Shown: piece by piece, positions 46,199 through 56,047 of the stretch | Numbering within the stretch: position 1 is the first letter of the stretch | Layout: each line of letters begins with the position of its first letter | Assembly: GCA_963716175.1 (NCBI GenBank) | Contig: OY970296.1 | Location: 960,001-1,024,000, forward strand | DNA from: an uncultured Armatimonadetes bacterium | GTDB lineage: Bacteria > Armatimonadota > Hebobacteria > Hebobacterales > Hebobacteraceae | DNA: 64,000 bases | Direction of reading: 5' to 3' | Notes under the pieces: model-generated | Databases searched by the model: none | What the model saw: the letters and a program-made list of their open reading frames with translations, nothing else | Told to the model about the DNA's origin: nothing | Made by a program: the position numbers and the translations under genes

Positions 46199-46789
46199 CT
46201 ACCAGGAGCTGCTGTTGCCGGCCCCCCGGAGCAGGCCCTCGGCCATCTCCCTCAACGTGACCCCGGATTCCGCAGCCCTTTGTCTGAGCGACTGGAAGGC
46301 GTTTGCCATGTTGGCCTCGCCCCGAGCTACCAGCATCGCTTTCGCTCGCTCGACGGTCATGCGCGTTTCCAGCGCCTCGGCGAGGTCACGCGCTTCCGCC
46401 TGGATGGCCTCGAACTCAGCGAACCGCGCCTGTGCCTGGGGGATGGCCTCCAGCACCGCGGCGGCCTGGATCGGCTTCGACAGAAAGCCCATGGCACCGG
46501 CCGCTTCCGCCTTCGCCATGGTCTGCTCATCAGAGTAGGCGGTGACCACAATGACACAAGTCGGGCAATCCTGCATGATCAGGCGGGTGCCCTCGATGCC
46601 ATCGGTCTCGGGCATGCGGACGTCCATCAGCACCACGTCCGGGCGCGCCTGGTGGCACTGCTCCAGGGTCGCCCTGCCGCTTGCCGTCAGCCCCACCACC
46701 TCGATCCCGCGCTGCTCCAGTTGCCCGCGCATGACGTAGGCCAGGATCAGCTCATCTTCGGCGATCAGGACGCGCAACATGGTTCCCAT
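46199..46789 (-). CDS. REC-ANTAR response regulator (PdtaR/EutV-like)
   Basis: LIAEDE, PDVVLMDVRMP, TAYSD, FLSKP; LETRMTVERAK.ML....AF..LR. Confidence 0.92.
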   Translation of the reverse strand: MGTMLRVLIAEDELILAYVMRGQLEQRGIEVVGLTASGRATLEQCHQARPDVVLMDVRMPETDGIEGTRLIMQDCPTCVIVVTAYSDEQTMAKAEAAGAMGFLSKPIQAAAVLEAIPQAQARFAEFEAIQAEARDLAEALETRMTVERAKAMLVARGEANMANAFQSLRQRAAESGVTLREMAEGLLRGAGNSSSW

Positions 46790-46822
46790 GCTCCTGACGT
46801 GTGTGAGATCATGGCTATGTGG

Positions 46823-48967
46823 CTATCGCCCCTCGCGCACTCTCCTATCATCCAGAACGATCTGTGCCAGAGTGCCGCCCTGGTGAGGAACCAGGGTGAG
46901 CGAACCTCCGTACTGTTCTTCCACAATGGTGCGCACTAGGCCCAACCCCGTCTTGCCCCACCTCCCGAGGTCGAAGTCCTCTGGAATGGGGTTGCCAGAA
47001 TCCCAGATAGAGAGAGTCAGCATCCCAGCAGCGTGGGACAACTGCACCTCGACCTGCCGCGCCCCGTCCTGCGAGCCGCCGTGCTTGATGGCATTGGTCA
47101 GCAGCTCGTTCGCCACCACGCAGATGTTAGTTCCCACATCAGAGGGGTAATGCACTGGCTCGCCCTCCACCGAGATCACGACATCGCCAGCGGAGAGGGC
47201 CTGGCGATTGACGTCGCCGATGCGCCGCAGCGCGTTCACCAGCTCTATGGTGTCGGTCCGGCTCTGGTACATCTGCTCGTGGAGGGCGGCGAACGATAGT
47301 ATGCGCGTCACTGCATCGCGGATGAGATCGGGGCCGGAGATCCGTCCCGCCTCTCGGTCCATCTGCATCTGGAGCAGTCCGGCCACGATCGCCAGGTTGT
47401 TCTTGGTGCGATGGCCGATCTCGGAGACCAGGGTCTCGGCGAGCCGAGCCCTCGCCCGCTCCGCCTCCAGCAGCTTCTCCCGCGTCTGCACCTGGTCGGT
47501 GATGTCCATCATCGAGGTGACCAGGCCGTCCGCCTCCCCACGCTCGTTCTTAATCGGCACAGCTTCGATCCGGACGCACCTCGGACCGACCTCTGGGCGG
47601 TACAAGGGAACCCCGGTGTACTCGGGGATGGCATCCGGCGCTCCGGTATCGAGGACGCGCTGGTACATCGCCGCGACCTCCGGGGCATTGGGGAACACTT
47701 CCAGGCGGTGGCGGCCCACAAAGTCCTCAGGGGCCATCCGTGCGTTCGCCGCGTAGGCGGCATTGACGCGGACGTAACGAAGGTTGCGGTCGAGGTAGGC
47801 AAGCCGGCTGTCTGTCGCCGTGAGGATGGTGTCGAGCAGTCGCGCCTCGGCGGCGCGGGCGCGCTCGCTCTCCCGCAGCGCCTGCTCCCTTGCCCCGATC
47901 TCATCGGCCATCTGGTTGAAGGCGCCGGCCAGATCCACCAGGTCGGACGGCCCCCTCAGCTCGGCTCTCTCCTCGACATCACCGCGCCCGAAGGCGAGCG
48001 CTCGTTCTCGCAGGTGTGTCAGTGGCACCGTGATCGAGCGCGCTGCCGCCGTCGCCAGCAGCACTCCCAGAGTGGCCACCAGGAGGAATGCCACGGCGCT
48101 TCTGGCCGTTCCCGCCTTGATGGGCGCGATGGCCTCCTCCTCGGGCCTGCCGGCGCTTGCCGCCCAGCCTACCGAGCGGATCGGGACCGCGGCCACAACG
48201 CGCGGCCCCTTCTGGTAGCCGACGTACTCGACGAGCTTGGTCTCCCGCCCTTCCAGCGCGCCGCGCACCACCCGGTACAGCTTGCCCCAGTCGCGCTCCT
48301 CGTAGCTCAGCGCTACCACCGGCAGGCGAAACGTCAGCCATCCGCTGCTGTCAACGATGCTCACCGCCCCGGCCCCGGACCGCTTGATCGTGATCACTTG
48401 GTCCAGCCGGTTCGGGTCAACCACCGCCACCACGATCCCCCGCAGCGCGCCCGTCTCATCCCGCGCCCTACGCGCCACCGAGAACCTGGCCTCCTTGGCG
48501 TCCGGAGGGCGAGTGACATTCGTCACCACCGACTGGCGGCCGCGCATGATCTCCCCCAGCCACGAGCGGTCAGGCCACTGCCTTCCGAGCAACTGACTCT
48601 CGCTCGACGCAGCCACCCGGCCATCCGGCTCCAGCCAGCTCACCGACACGACCTCGGGATAGGCCTTCTTCACCTGCGCGAGGTACCAGTTCGCCTGCTG
48701 TTTCGAGAACGGGGCCAGCAACAGCAGCCCCTGCCCAACGGCCTTCTCCTCGTGCGCGAGGTCGTCGAGGAAGGCGTCGAAAGACGCGGCCACCGCCCGC
48801 GCGATCTCCAGGTTGGCCTGGAGTTCCGCGTCCCGCTTCGCCCGGTAGTCGTGCAGATACACCCAAGCCTGGAGCAGCACGATGGGCACAAGGACCACGA
48901 ACAGCCGGGCCAGGAGGATGGCTCTCACACTGCGGTGCCGCCCGGGTTTCTGCTCGCCTGTCGCCAT
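46823..48967 (-). CDS. Sensor histidine kinase (Cache-HAMP-PAS-HisKA_2-HATPase)
   Basis: Two TM segments, HAMP (LAGAFNQMA), PAS, EIGHRTKNNL, NELLTNAIKH, GLGLV. Confidence 0.92.
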   Translation of the reverse strand: MATGEQKPGRHRSVRAILLARLFVVLVPIVLLQAWVYLHDYRAKRDAELQANLEIARAVAASFDAFLDDLAHEEKAVGQGLLLLAPFSKQQANWYLAQVKKAYPEVVSVSWLEPDGRVAASSESQLLGRQWPDRSWLGEIMRGRQSVVTNVTRPPDAKEARFSVARRARDETGALRGIVVAVVDPNRLDQVITIKRSGAGAVSIVDSSGWLTFRLPVVALSYEERDWGKLYRVVRGALEGRETKLVEYVGYQKGPRVVAAVPIRSVGWAASAGRPEEEAIAPIKAGTARSAVAFLLVATLGVLLATAAARSITVPLTHLRERALAFGRGDVEERAELRGPSDLVDLAGAFNQMADEIGAREQALRESERARAAEARLLDTILTATDSRLAYLDRNLRYVRVNAAYAANARMAPEDFVGRHRLEVFPNAPEVAAMYQRVLDTGAPDAIPEYTGVPLYRPEVGPRCVRIEAVPIKNERGEADGLVTSMMDITDQVQTREKLLEAERARARLAETLVSEIGHRTKNNLAIVAGLLQMQMDREAGRISGPDLIRDAVTRILSFAALHEQMYQSRTDTIELVNALRRIGDVNRQALSAGDVVISVEGEPVHYPSDVGTNICVVANELLTNAIKHGGSQDGARQVEVQLSHAAGMLTLSIWDSGNPIPEDFDLGRWGKTGLGLVRTIVEEQYGGSLTLVPHQGGTLAQIVLDDRRVREGR

Positions 48968-49208
48968 ATCACTTGCCTCCGGGACGAAAGCTCTGGGCCC
49001 ACGTAGGGGCGAGAGAGCTGCCGAGAGCAGCTTCGTCGCCCGGGCGGATTGCCCTGCGTCAGACCGGCACGGGCACCGCGGCCCATCGCTAGCCCTCTCC
49101 ACCCTCTGTGTCACGGTTCTCCAGAGCTGAGGCGGCAGGAGCCGGGTTGATCTGCGAGAATGTGTGGCCTGGTGCGCCGACGCGCGCGGGAAGGAGGGGA
49201 CAGCTCCT

Positions 49209-49754
49209 ATGTTCGACGACAAGCGGAGCAAGCGGGTTGTCCTGGTCGTCCACTGCATCCTCAACCACAACGCACGCATTGATGGATGCGCCTACTACCC
49301 GGGGCCGATGACGGAGATCGTGGAGGTGCTGGCGGATGCAGGCGTGGGGATCGTGCAGATGCCCTGCCCTGAACTCCGTTGCCTCGGGCTGGACCGCTCG
49401 GGGCGCATCCGGGAGGGCGAGGACATCGGGATTCGGGAGGCCCTGCTGGGGGAGGCGCGAGCGGCCTGCCGGGTGCTGGTGCAGGGCGTGATGCGCGATG
49501 TCATGGAGTATCGCAAGCACGGGTTCGCCATCCTCGGCGTCGTTGGCAACGATGGCTCCCCGGCCTGCGGAGTGGACTTCACCCACTACCTTGACAGCGG
49601 GTTCCAGCCTGGCGCAGGCGCCTTCGTGACCATGCTCCGCGAGGAGCTGGAGCGCCAGGGAATCGCGCTTCCCTTCGTGGCGACACAGGACCACCAATGG
49701 ACGGAGAGGCTGGCGCGGATCAGGGCACTGGTGAGCGGCGAGGCGAAGCCGTAG
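49209..49754 (+). CDS. DUF523/TudS-related putative Fe-S desulfidase (CD3072 type)
   Basis: MFDDKRSK.V.LV.HCILN.N, QMPCPE, DGSPACGV. Confidence 0.8.
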   Translation: MFDDKRSKRVVLVVHCILNHNARIDGCAYYPGPMTEIVEVLADAGVGIVQMPCPELRCLGLDRSGRIREGEDIGIREALLGEARAACRVLVQGVMRDVMEYRKHGFAILGVVGNDGSPACGVDFTHYLDSGFQPGAGAFVTMLREELERQGIALPFVATQDHQWTERLARIRALVSGEAKP

Positions 49755-49838
49755 TGGCGTTCCCGCCACGCGTCGAGCTTCCCATGCACTCCCGCCGGCC
49801 AACAAGCTCCAGTGCCGCCTCAGCGTTCGGGGCGCGGC

Positions 49839-51098
49839 CTATCGGCCGAGCAACTCCATCACCTTCTCGATGATGGTATCTTCAGCTTCCGGACGCAGCG
49901 GCGCAGGAAGGAGCGTGTAGAAGTAGTTGCCATCCACCTCGTACCCGCCTTCGGGGAAGCGGTGCTTGGGCATCACGTAGTCGGTGAGCACGGAGGGCCC
50001 GGCATAGGCGGCCACCAGGATGGGGCGGCCCAGGAGCATCTGCTTGATCCTCAGCCCGATCTCCACACCCACCTCCCCGCTCAGCGCGATCAAGGCGAAG
50101 TCGCCGATGGTGAGCACCTGCACCATCGCCGGGCAGCTTCGCGGCAGCGCCTCACCCCGTTCCAGGCTTGCCAGCATGCGGCCGGCCCAGGCGGCCCTCC
50201 AGGGATTGGTGTCACGCCGTGCCGCCTCTGCTTCCTCGCGCGTGGGCGGGTCAGCGAGAGGCAGTTCGAAGTCGGCTCTGCTCACGTGAAGCGGGCCCTC
50301 AAGCGAGCGCATCGGCCTTTGCAGCACCTCCGAGACGGCCTCCGCAAACTCGCCTCCCAGGCGCGCCACGTTTTCGAGGGGTCCGGACTGGAAGCGCCCA
50401 TCTGGCCCGATGTTGCGGACCTTGACGTCTCCGGCACAGCCCTGCAGGAACATCGCCTGCACGTCCGGGTGCTTCTGCTCGATGAGCTGCTGGGCGAAGC
50501 CCGGGTAGTCACCGCCTAACAGGTAACCCTCCCAGCTGCTCGGGTGGCAAGCGTAGCTCATCACCACCGCCTCTCCCGCGCGCAGCACCGCGACTTCGGG
50601 GTCGGTCGGACCATCGGGGTTGGGCTGCATCACGATCCCCTCGGGGGTGCTGCGACGCCGGTTCACGCCGACGTGACAGGCACCGACACCGAACCCTAGA
50701 GCGCCCTCGCGGAGACCGGTAAACGCCTTCTCGGCCGCTTTCCCCACGTTGTCAACGAGTTCCGCAACGTAGTCGCGGTCGAAGTCGGGGTAGATCGGCC
50801 ACTCTCGCTCGTTGATGGCTGGCCCGGAGTGGGTATGTGAGGCGGTGAGGATGATCTCGCGCGGCTCCAGGCCAAGCGCACCCCGGAGGCGCTGCTCGAT
50901 CCGCCCCTGGAGCAGATCGTCGAAGAAGAGCAGATCGGTGCTGATCAAGGCGGCGCGGTTCTGCCCGTCATCGAGTGCCAGCACTTTGGCGAACAGGTCC
51001 TGGTAGACGCCTTCCGACGGCCGGTTCCGCGTGAAGAAGCCCGCCATCCAGACCGGGCGTGTTGGTGTGATGGTGATAGCCGCCGTGCCGATCTTCAT
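49839..51098 (-). CDS. Neutral/alkaline ceramidase-like hydrolase
   Basis: ITP...MAGF, ASHTHSGP, VNRR, YACHP, DYPG, QGCAGD, GGYE. Confidence 0.82.
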   Translation of the reverse strand: MKIGTAAITITPTRPVWMAGFFTRNRPSEGVYQDLFAKVLALDDGQNRAALISTDLLFFDDLLQGRIEQRLRGALGLEPREIILTASHTHSGPAINEREWPIYPDFDRDYVAELVDNVGKAAEKAFTGLREGALGFGVGACHVGVNRRRSTPEGIVMQPNPDGPTDPEVAVLRAGEAVVMSYACHPSSWEGYLLGGDYPGFAQQLIEQKHPDVQAMFLQGCAGDVKVRNIGPDGRFQSGPLENVARLGGEFAEAVSEVLQRPMRSLEGPLHVSRADFELPLADPPTREEAEAARRDTNPWRAAWAGRMLASLERGEALPRSCPAMVQVLTIGDFALIALSGEVGVEIGLRIKQMLLGRPILVAAYAGPSVLTDYVMPKHRFPEGGYEVDGNYFYTLLPAPLRPEAEDTIIEKVMELLGR

Positions 51099-51246
51099 CT
51101 CACGCCGCGTTCCTTTCCGACAAGCCGGACAACCCATGCCCGCTCGGCCTTCGGCAACGGCCGCAGCCCTCCCTGCTCACGGCCGGCAAGGGAGAGGCCG
51201 CCATCGGGTGGAAACTGAGCACTCATACGCTGCACTGTAGGAGGAG

Positions 51247-51900
51247 ATGATGTCGGGTATCACCGTTCCGAAGAACAGCTTCGTCCATCCCTCAGCGGTG
51301 CTCGATGGAAGTATCAGCATCGGCGAGCACTCGTGGGTGGCGGAGGGAGCGATGCTGAAGGGGGATATCACGATCGGAGATGGCTCCTACATCGGGGAAA
51401 GGAGCGTCTTGTCCGGCCGCATCACAGTCGGCAGCCACACGCGCATTCAGATCGGGGTTGTCATTCGCGGGACCAATGCCATCGGCAGCTATGTGAACAT
51501 CTACGATCTGGTGAACATCGAAGGCGGCCGGCCGAAGGGCTACCACGACTCCGACGACCGGTCTGTCATCAGCGACTACGGCTGGGTGAACCACGGCGCG
51601 ACCATGCACGGATCGCACGTAGGAAGTGGCGCCGCGGTCGGCATCAATGCGGCTCTGGACTACAACACGATTCTCGGTGAGGGCGCCATCCTCCTCAACG
51701 GCAGTGCAACGACGGTCAACACGACGATCCCCGCCAACGCCATCGCCCAGGGCGTTCCCGCGCAGGTCGTGAAGGAGAACATCACCGACGCGGACCGCGT
51801 GCGGATCATGGGACTGGTTCCGAGCGAATGGGTGAGAATCGAGGCCGAGGGGATCATGCACTGGGTCAAGGGGCAGCTAGAGGCCATGGGGAGGAGCTGA
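51247..51900 (+). CDS. Left-handed beta-helix (hexapeptide; gamma-carbonic-anhydrase-like) protein
   Basis: VHPSAVLDG, hexapeptide I/V-G repeats, NHGATMHG, GVPAQV; AGGAGG RBS. Confidence 0.85.
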   Translation: MMSGITVPKNSFVHPSAVLDGSISIGEHSWVAEGAMLKGDITIGDGSYIGERSVLSGRITVGSHTRIQIGVVIRGTNAIGSYVNIYDLVNIEGGRPKGYHDSDDRSVISDYGWVNHGATMHGSHVGSGAAVGINAALDYNTILGEGAILLNGSATTVNTTIPANAIAQGVPAQVVKENITDADRVRIMGLVPSEWVRIEAEGIMHWVKGQLEAMGRS

Positions 51901-51921
51901 ACTAACCGCAGGCAGCGGCGC

Positions 51922-52687
51922 CTATGGCAGCCCGAAGAGGCGGGCGATGTTGCCGCCCATAATCAGGTCTTTCTCCTCGGCAGTCACCTCGCCGTCGAGC
52001 AGTGCGTGGTACTTGGCGACCTCAACGTGCATCAGGCTGAAGGGAGTGTCACTGCCGAAGCATACGCGCGATGCGCCAAGCGTACGGATCGCCTTCAGCA
52101 CCGCCACCTCGCGCACGCCGCTGCCGATCAGTGTGATATTGGGGCGCTGCTGGGCGAACTCGATCATCGCATTGGTGAGATCGGCGTGCCCGACTCCCCC
52201 CATGTGGACCGCCAGGATCGGCAGGCCAGGGTACTCCGCTGCGATCTTGGCGACGCGAAAAGGATGGGTCTGCTCGAAAGCGTCCGCGCCGACGTGAAAC
52301 GCGAGTCGGCTGCCGAGCCTGGCCACCTCTCTGATCACCGGTAGCGAAAGCTCCGGGTCATCTGATGTAGAAGCTGTTCTGCGCGCCGTTCAGCTTCACG
52401 CCATGGAAGCCATAGTCTTCGATGCACCGGCGGGCGGCAGCGATGGCCTGCTCGACCCCGAGGTTCGGGTCAGCCCAGCCAAAGCCAAGGATGCGATCCG
52501 GGTATCGCCTGGTGGCCTGATAGACGTACGCGTTCGCCTCCTCGATCTCGCGGCGATAGGGCGGCTGCAGCCAGGTCAGGGCTTTCCCAATGCCCGAGCG
52601 ATCCATGCGGCGGAGCAGCTCTTCGATGCCGATACTCACCGCGCTTTCCGGGGTGGGCGAGATATGGCAATCCGCATCTATGATCAT
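51922..52687 (-). pseudogene. Amidohydrolase split by a single-base frameshift
   Basis: IIDADCH...GVKL in one frame; FHVG...HMGG...FGSDTP in another; one extra base near 52363. Confidence 0.85.
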
Positions 52688-53154
52688 CTCAGCCTCCCTT
52701 GCGCGCCCTGCGCAGTGCTCCCAGCTCGCGGCTCCGGAAGCCAAATCCCTGGTTCGACCGCGGACGGGCTTGCACCTGGCAGGGCTGTCGCTCGTGCCGC
52801 CGAGGGGCGGGGGGCGGGGCGCCAGCGATAGGGCTCTGCTCCACCAGCCCATAGCGGCATTGGTAGGTTGCGTTCACCCCAGGGGAAAGCTTACGCGGCG
52901 TGTGAGAGCTGCTCTCCGGGTGGTCGCCTCTTGGCCGATAGTCACCACAAAGGGCCGTTCGGGTGTGCTCGGAGAGCACAGGGCGACCGAGACTTGTGAT
53001 GTATCCTGCAGGCAAACCGGTGAGGAGCTCACATGCTCGCGGGCATCAGGTCGGTACCTCGGAGGCAGAGGCCGCTGGAGGAGCGGGACGAGCTGCGCGG
53101 CCTCAGCCCAGATAGAGGATCCATCTCAAGCGCCGCCAGGAGAGGGGTGATGGT

Positions 53155-54288
53155 ATGACACGCGGATTCCGCATCGGACGGGTGTTCGGCATCGAGATCG
53201 AGATTGACTACACCTGGTTCGTGATCTTCTTCCTCCTGGTCTACATGCTCGCCAGCCCAAACGGGCCCTTTGGGCGAGGCATCCTGGCGGCCCCGGTTGG
53301 GCTTCGTGTGGCGATGTCGGTTTTGGCAGCACTGCTCTTTTTCGGCAGCGTGCTACTGCATGAGCTGTCTCACTCTGTGGTGGCGCTGCGCAATGGCATG
53401 AAGATCACGGGTATCACGCTGTTCATCTTCGGGGGCGTCTCCAAGTTGAGCGACGAGCCCCAGAGCCCGGGCATCGAGTTCCGGATGGCGATTGCCGGTC
53501 CTATCACCAGCTTCGTGCTCGCCGCCATCTTCTTCGCGCTCGCGCGCGGCGTGCACGTGGGCATCCACGGGGTCGTCCTGGGCACCGTCTTCGCGTGGCT
53601 GGCCGCCATCAATGCTATGCTGGGCCTGTTCAACCTGCTGCCGGGCTTTCCCCTCGATGGTGGGCGCGTGCTCCGTGCCACCCTATGGCGCTGGCTGCGC
53701 AGCCTGGGCGAGGCCACCCGCATCGCCGCCGCTTCCGGCCGCGGCCTTGGCGCTCTCATGATCGTGGGAGGCATCTTCCTGTTCCTGACCGGCCAGGGAC
53801 TCAACGGTATCTGGCTGGCCATGATCGGTTGGTTCCTCACCAACGCGGCGCACGCGAGCTACCAGCAGCTGGTAGTCCGCCAGGCTCTGGCAGGAGTGCC
53901 GGTATCCACGGTGATGACCCGTGAGGTCCATTCCGTGCCGGGCGACCTCACCCTTGAGGAGCTCATCCACGAACACATCCTGACCTACGATCACTCGTCA
54001 TACCCGGTGTTCGACGGCGACCAGCTCGTAGGCACGCTCACCCTCAAGAGCGTGGGCGCGGTGCCGCGCGAGAAACGTGCCGCGGTGACTGCGCGCGAAG
54101 TGGCGTCACCTCTCTCCCAGGACCAGACCATCTCGCCGGAGGCGGACCTATGGACCACGCTGACCAAAATGGCCGCCAGTGGCGACGGTCCTTTGCTCGT
54201 CATCTCCCGTGTCTCCCTGGTCGGTATCATCTCGCGGTCGGACATTATGCGGTCGATGCGGACGCGGATGGAGCTCGGCATCCCCTGA
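53155..54288 (+). CDS. Site-2 protease (M50) with CBS domains
   Basis: HELSH, AIAGP, FNLLPGFPLDGGR, C-terminal CBS pair. Confidence 0.94.
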   Translation: MTRGFRIGRVFGIEIEIDYTWFVIFFLLVYMLASPNGPFGRGILAAPVGLRVAMSVLAALLFFGSVLLHELSHSVVALRNGMKITGITLFIFGGVSKLSDEPQSPGIEFRMAIAGPITSFVLAAIFFALARGVHVGIHGVVLGTVFAWLAAINAMLGLFNLLPGFPLDGGRVLRATLWRWLRSLGEATRIAAASGRGLGALMIVGGIFLFLTGQGLNGIWLAMIGWFLTNAAHASYQQLVVRQALAGVPVSTVMTREVHSVPGDLTLEELIHEHILTYDHSSYPVFDGDQLVGTLTLKSVGAVPREKRAAVTAREVASPLSQDQTISPEADLWTTLTKMAASGDGPLLVISRVSLVGIISRSDIMRSMRTRMELGIP

Positions 54289-54423
54289 GCACGAGGAGAT
54301 GATGTGCCTTGCGAAAGCAGCCGGCATAGGGGCCGGCCGCCCGCTTCTCTGGCGGAGGGTGCCGAACTGGCCGGGCAAGAGCGGAGGACGAGCGCGATGC
54401 GTGCTACGAGAGCGCGAGACCAC

Positions 54424-55782
54424 ATGAACCGGGATTCCGACCGCGGCTGGCGACGGCTGTCCGGGTGGCTGGTAGTGGCAGTCGCCGCCTGTGGCCTGGC
54501 AACTGCTCTCGCCGGTCCCGCGACGCCTCCAGTCGCGGTGATCAACATCAGGGGGATGATTGACGTCCCCACCGCGGAGTACCTGAATCACGGCCTGGAG
54601 ATCGCCCGCCAGAGAAACGCGCAGTGCCTGGTCGTCACCCTGGACACACCCGGCGGTATGGGCCAGCCGATGATCGACATGACCGAGGCCTTGCTCAACT
54701 CCACCATCCCGACGGTCGTGTTCGTCTACCCCGCGGGAGCTTGGGCGATGTCGGCCGGCACCTTCATCACCCTCGCTACCAACGTCGCCGCCATGAACCC
54801 GGACACGAACATCGGCGCGGCGCACCCAGTCGGCTTGTTCGGCGGCGCGCCGGCGCCGCCTCACGACCCGGAGACGCAGAAGATCCTGAATGCCTTCGCT
54901 GGGCGCATTGGCGTGATCGCCAAGGAGCGGGGCCGCAACGTCGCCTGGGCAGAGCAAGCGGTCCGCAGCAGCGCCACCCTCTCCGCCAGCGATGCCGTCA
55001 AGATGCACGTGGTGAACTTCCTCGCCAGCGACATGCCCGACTTGCTGGCGAAGCTCGACGGCCGGGTGGTGACCGTTGCGGGTAACCGGAAGGTCGTCCT
55101 CCACACCGTCGGAGCCCCCCTGCTTCTGGTTCCGCCTAGCCTCAAGGACCAGTTCCTCCACCTCCTCTCCGACCCCAATATGCTGCTCGTGCTGATGGTG
55201 CTGGCGGGCATGGGCCTGCTGTTCGAGTTCCTGCATCCAGGTGCCATCTTCCCGGGGATAGTGGGGGTGATCTGCCTGCTACTCACCCTCTACTCGATGG
55301 CGGTGATCCCGGTCAGGCCGGCCGGGGTGGGGCTGATCGTGTTCGCCTTGCTGCTCTTCGCGGCCGATGTCAAACTGGCCTCCCACGGTGTGCTCACTGT
55401 TGGCGGCATCGCCTCCTTCATTCTGGGGGCGCTGATGCTCACCGGCGGCGTCGCCTCCCGGGGACTGCAGCCGGCGTGGGTGGTGATCCTCACCCTGGTT
55501 GGGATGCTCGTGCTCTTCTTCGGGTTCCTGGTGCGCGCCGTCTACCGAGCCCGCAAGAGAAAGGTGCAGACCGGCGAGGAAGCGATGCTGGGAGAGAAGG
55601 GCCGCGCCCTGACCGCGCTCAACCCCAATGGCGAGATCTCCCTGGAAGGAGAGCTGTGGAAAGCTCGATCGCTCGAGGGCGACATCGCCGCGGGCGAGCA
55701 GATCGAGGTGGCCGGAGAGGATGGTCTGACCTTGCTCGTCCGCCGCAGCGGAGACCATCGCTCCGAGGCCGCGCAGGCCTAG
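54424..55782 (+). CDS. nfeD: NfeD-type membrane-bound ClpP-class serine protease
   Basis: LDTPGG, AMSAG, TNIGAAHPV, RGRN..WAE.AV, TM core, LNPNG....GELWKA. Confidence 0.9.
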   Translation: MNRDSDRGWRRLSGWLVVAVAACGLATALAGPATPPVAVINIRGMIDVPTAEYLNHGLEIARQRNAQCLVVTLDTPGGMGQPMIDMTEALLNSTIPTVVFVYPAGAWAMSAGTFITLATNVAAMNPDTNIGAAHPVGLFGGAPAPPHDPETQKILNAFAGRIGVIAKERGRNVAWAEQAVRSSATLSASDAVKMHVVNFLASDMPDLLAKLDGRVVTVAGNRKVVLHTVGAPLLLVPPSLKDQFLHLLSDPNMLLVLMVLAGMGLLFEFLHPGAIFPGIVGVICLLLTLYSMAVIPVRPAGVGLIVFALLLFAADVKLASHGVLTVGGIASFILGALMLTGGVASRGLQPAWVVILTLVGMLVLFFGFLVRAVYRARKRKVQTGEEAMLGEKGRALTALNPNGEISLEGELWKARSLEGDIAAGEQIEVAGEDGLTLLVRRSGDHRSEAAQA

Positions 55783-56047
55783 CAGAGCCTTTCCCTCGCG
55801 CGACCATGACCCGGTCTTGGTCCGCCACGAGCATTTGCCCTCGGGGGAATCCCAATCAGATGCGGTGATCGGCAAAGGCAACTGATCCCCGGTAAGGCCA
55901 CGAGCACAATCCCCAGCAGATGTGCGTGGCCGCGAACGCATCGGCCCGCCCTGGAGCTGCCTCCCGGAGGCGGCCCCAGGAACCGCATCTGTGTTGTGAG
56001 GGTGCAGCCTCCGCAGGAGGCCGCACCCTCGGATGCCGGTCGAGACG

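Noticed and set aside
52690-53150. Riboswitch or ncRNA in long intergenic regions (also 43270-43630 and 6776-6920)
   Set aside because: No consensus motif recognisable by eye; an Rfam/Infernal scan would be needed.
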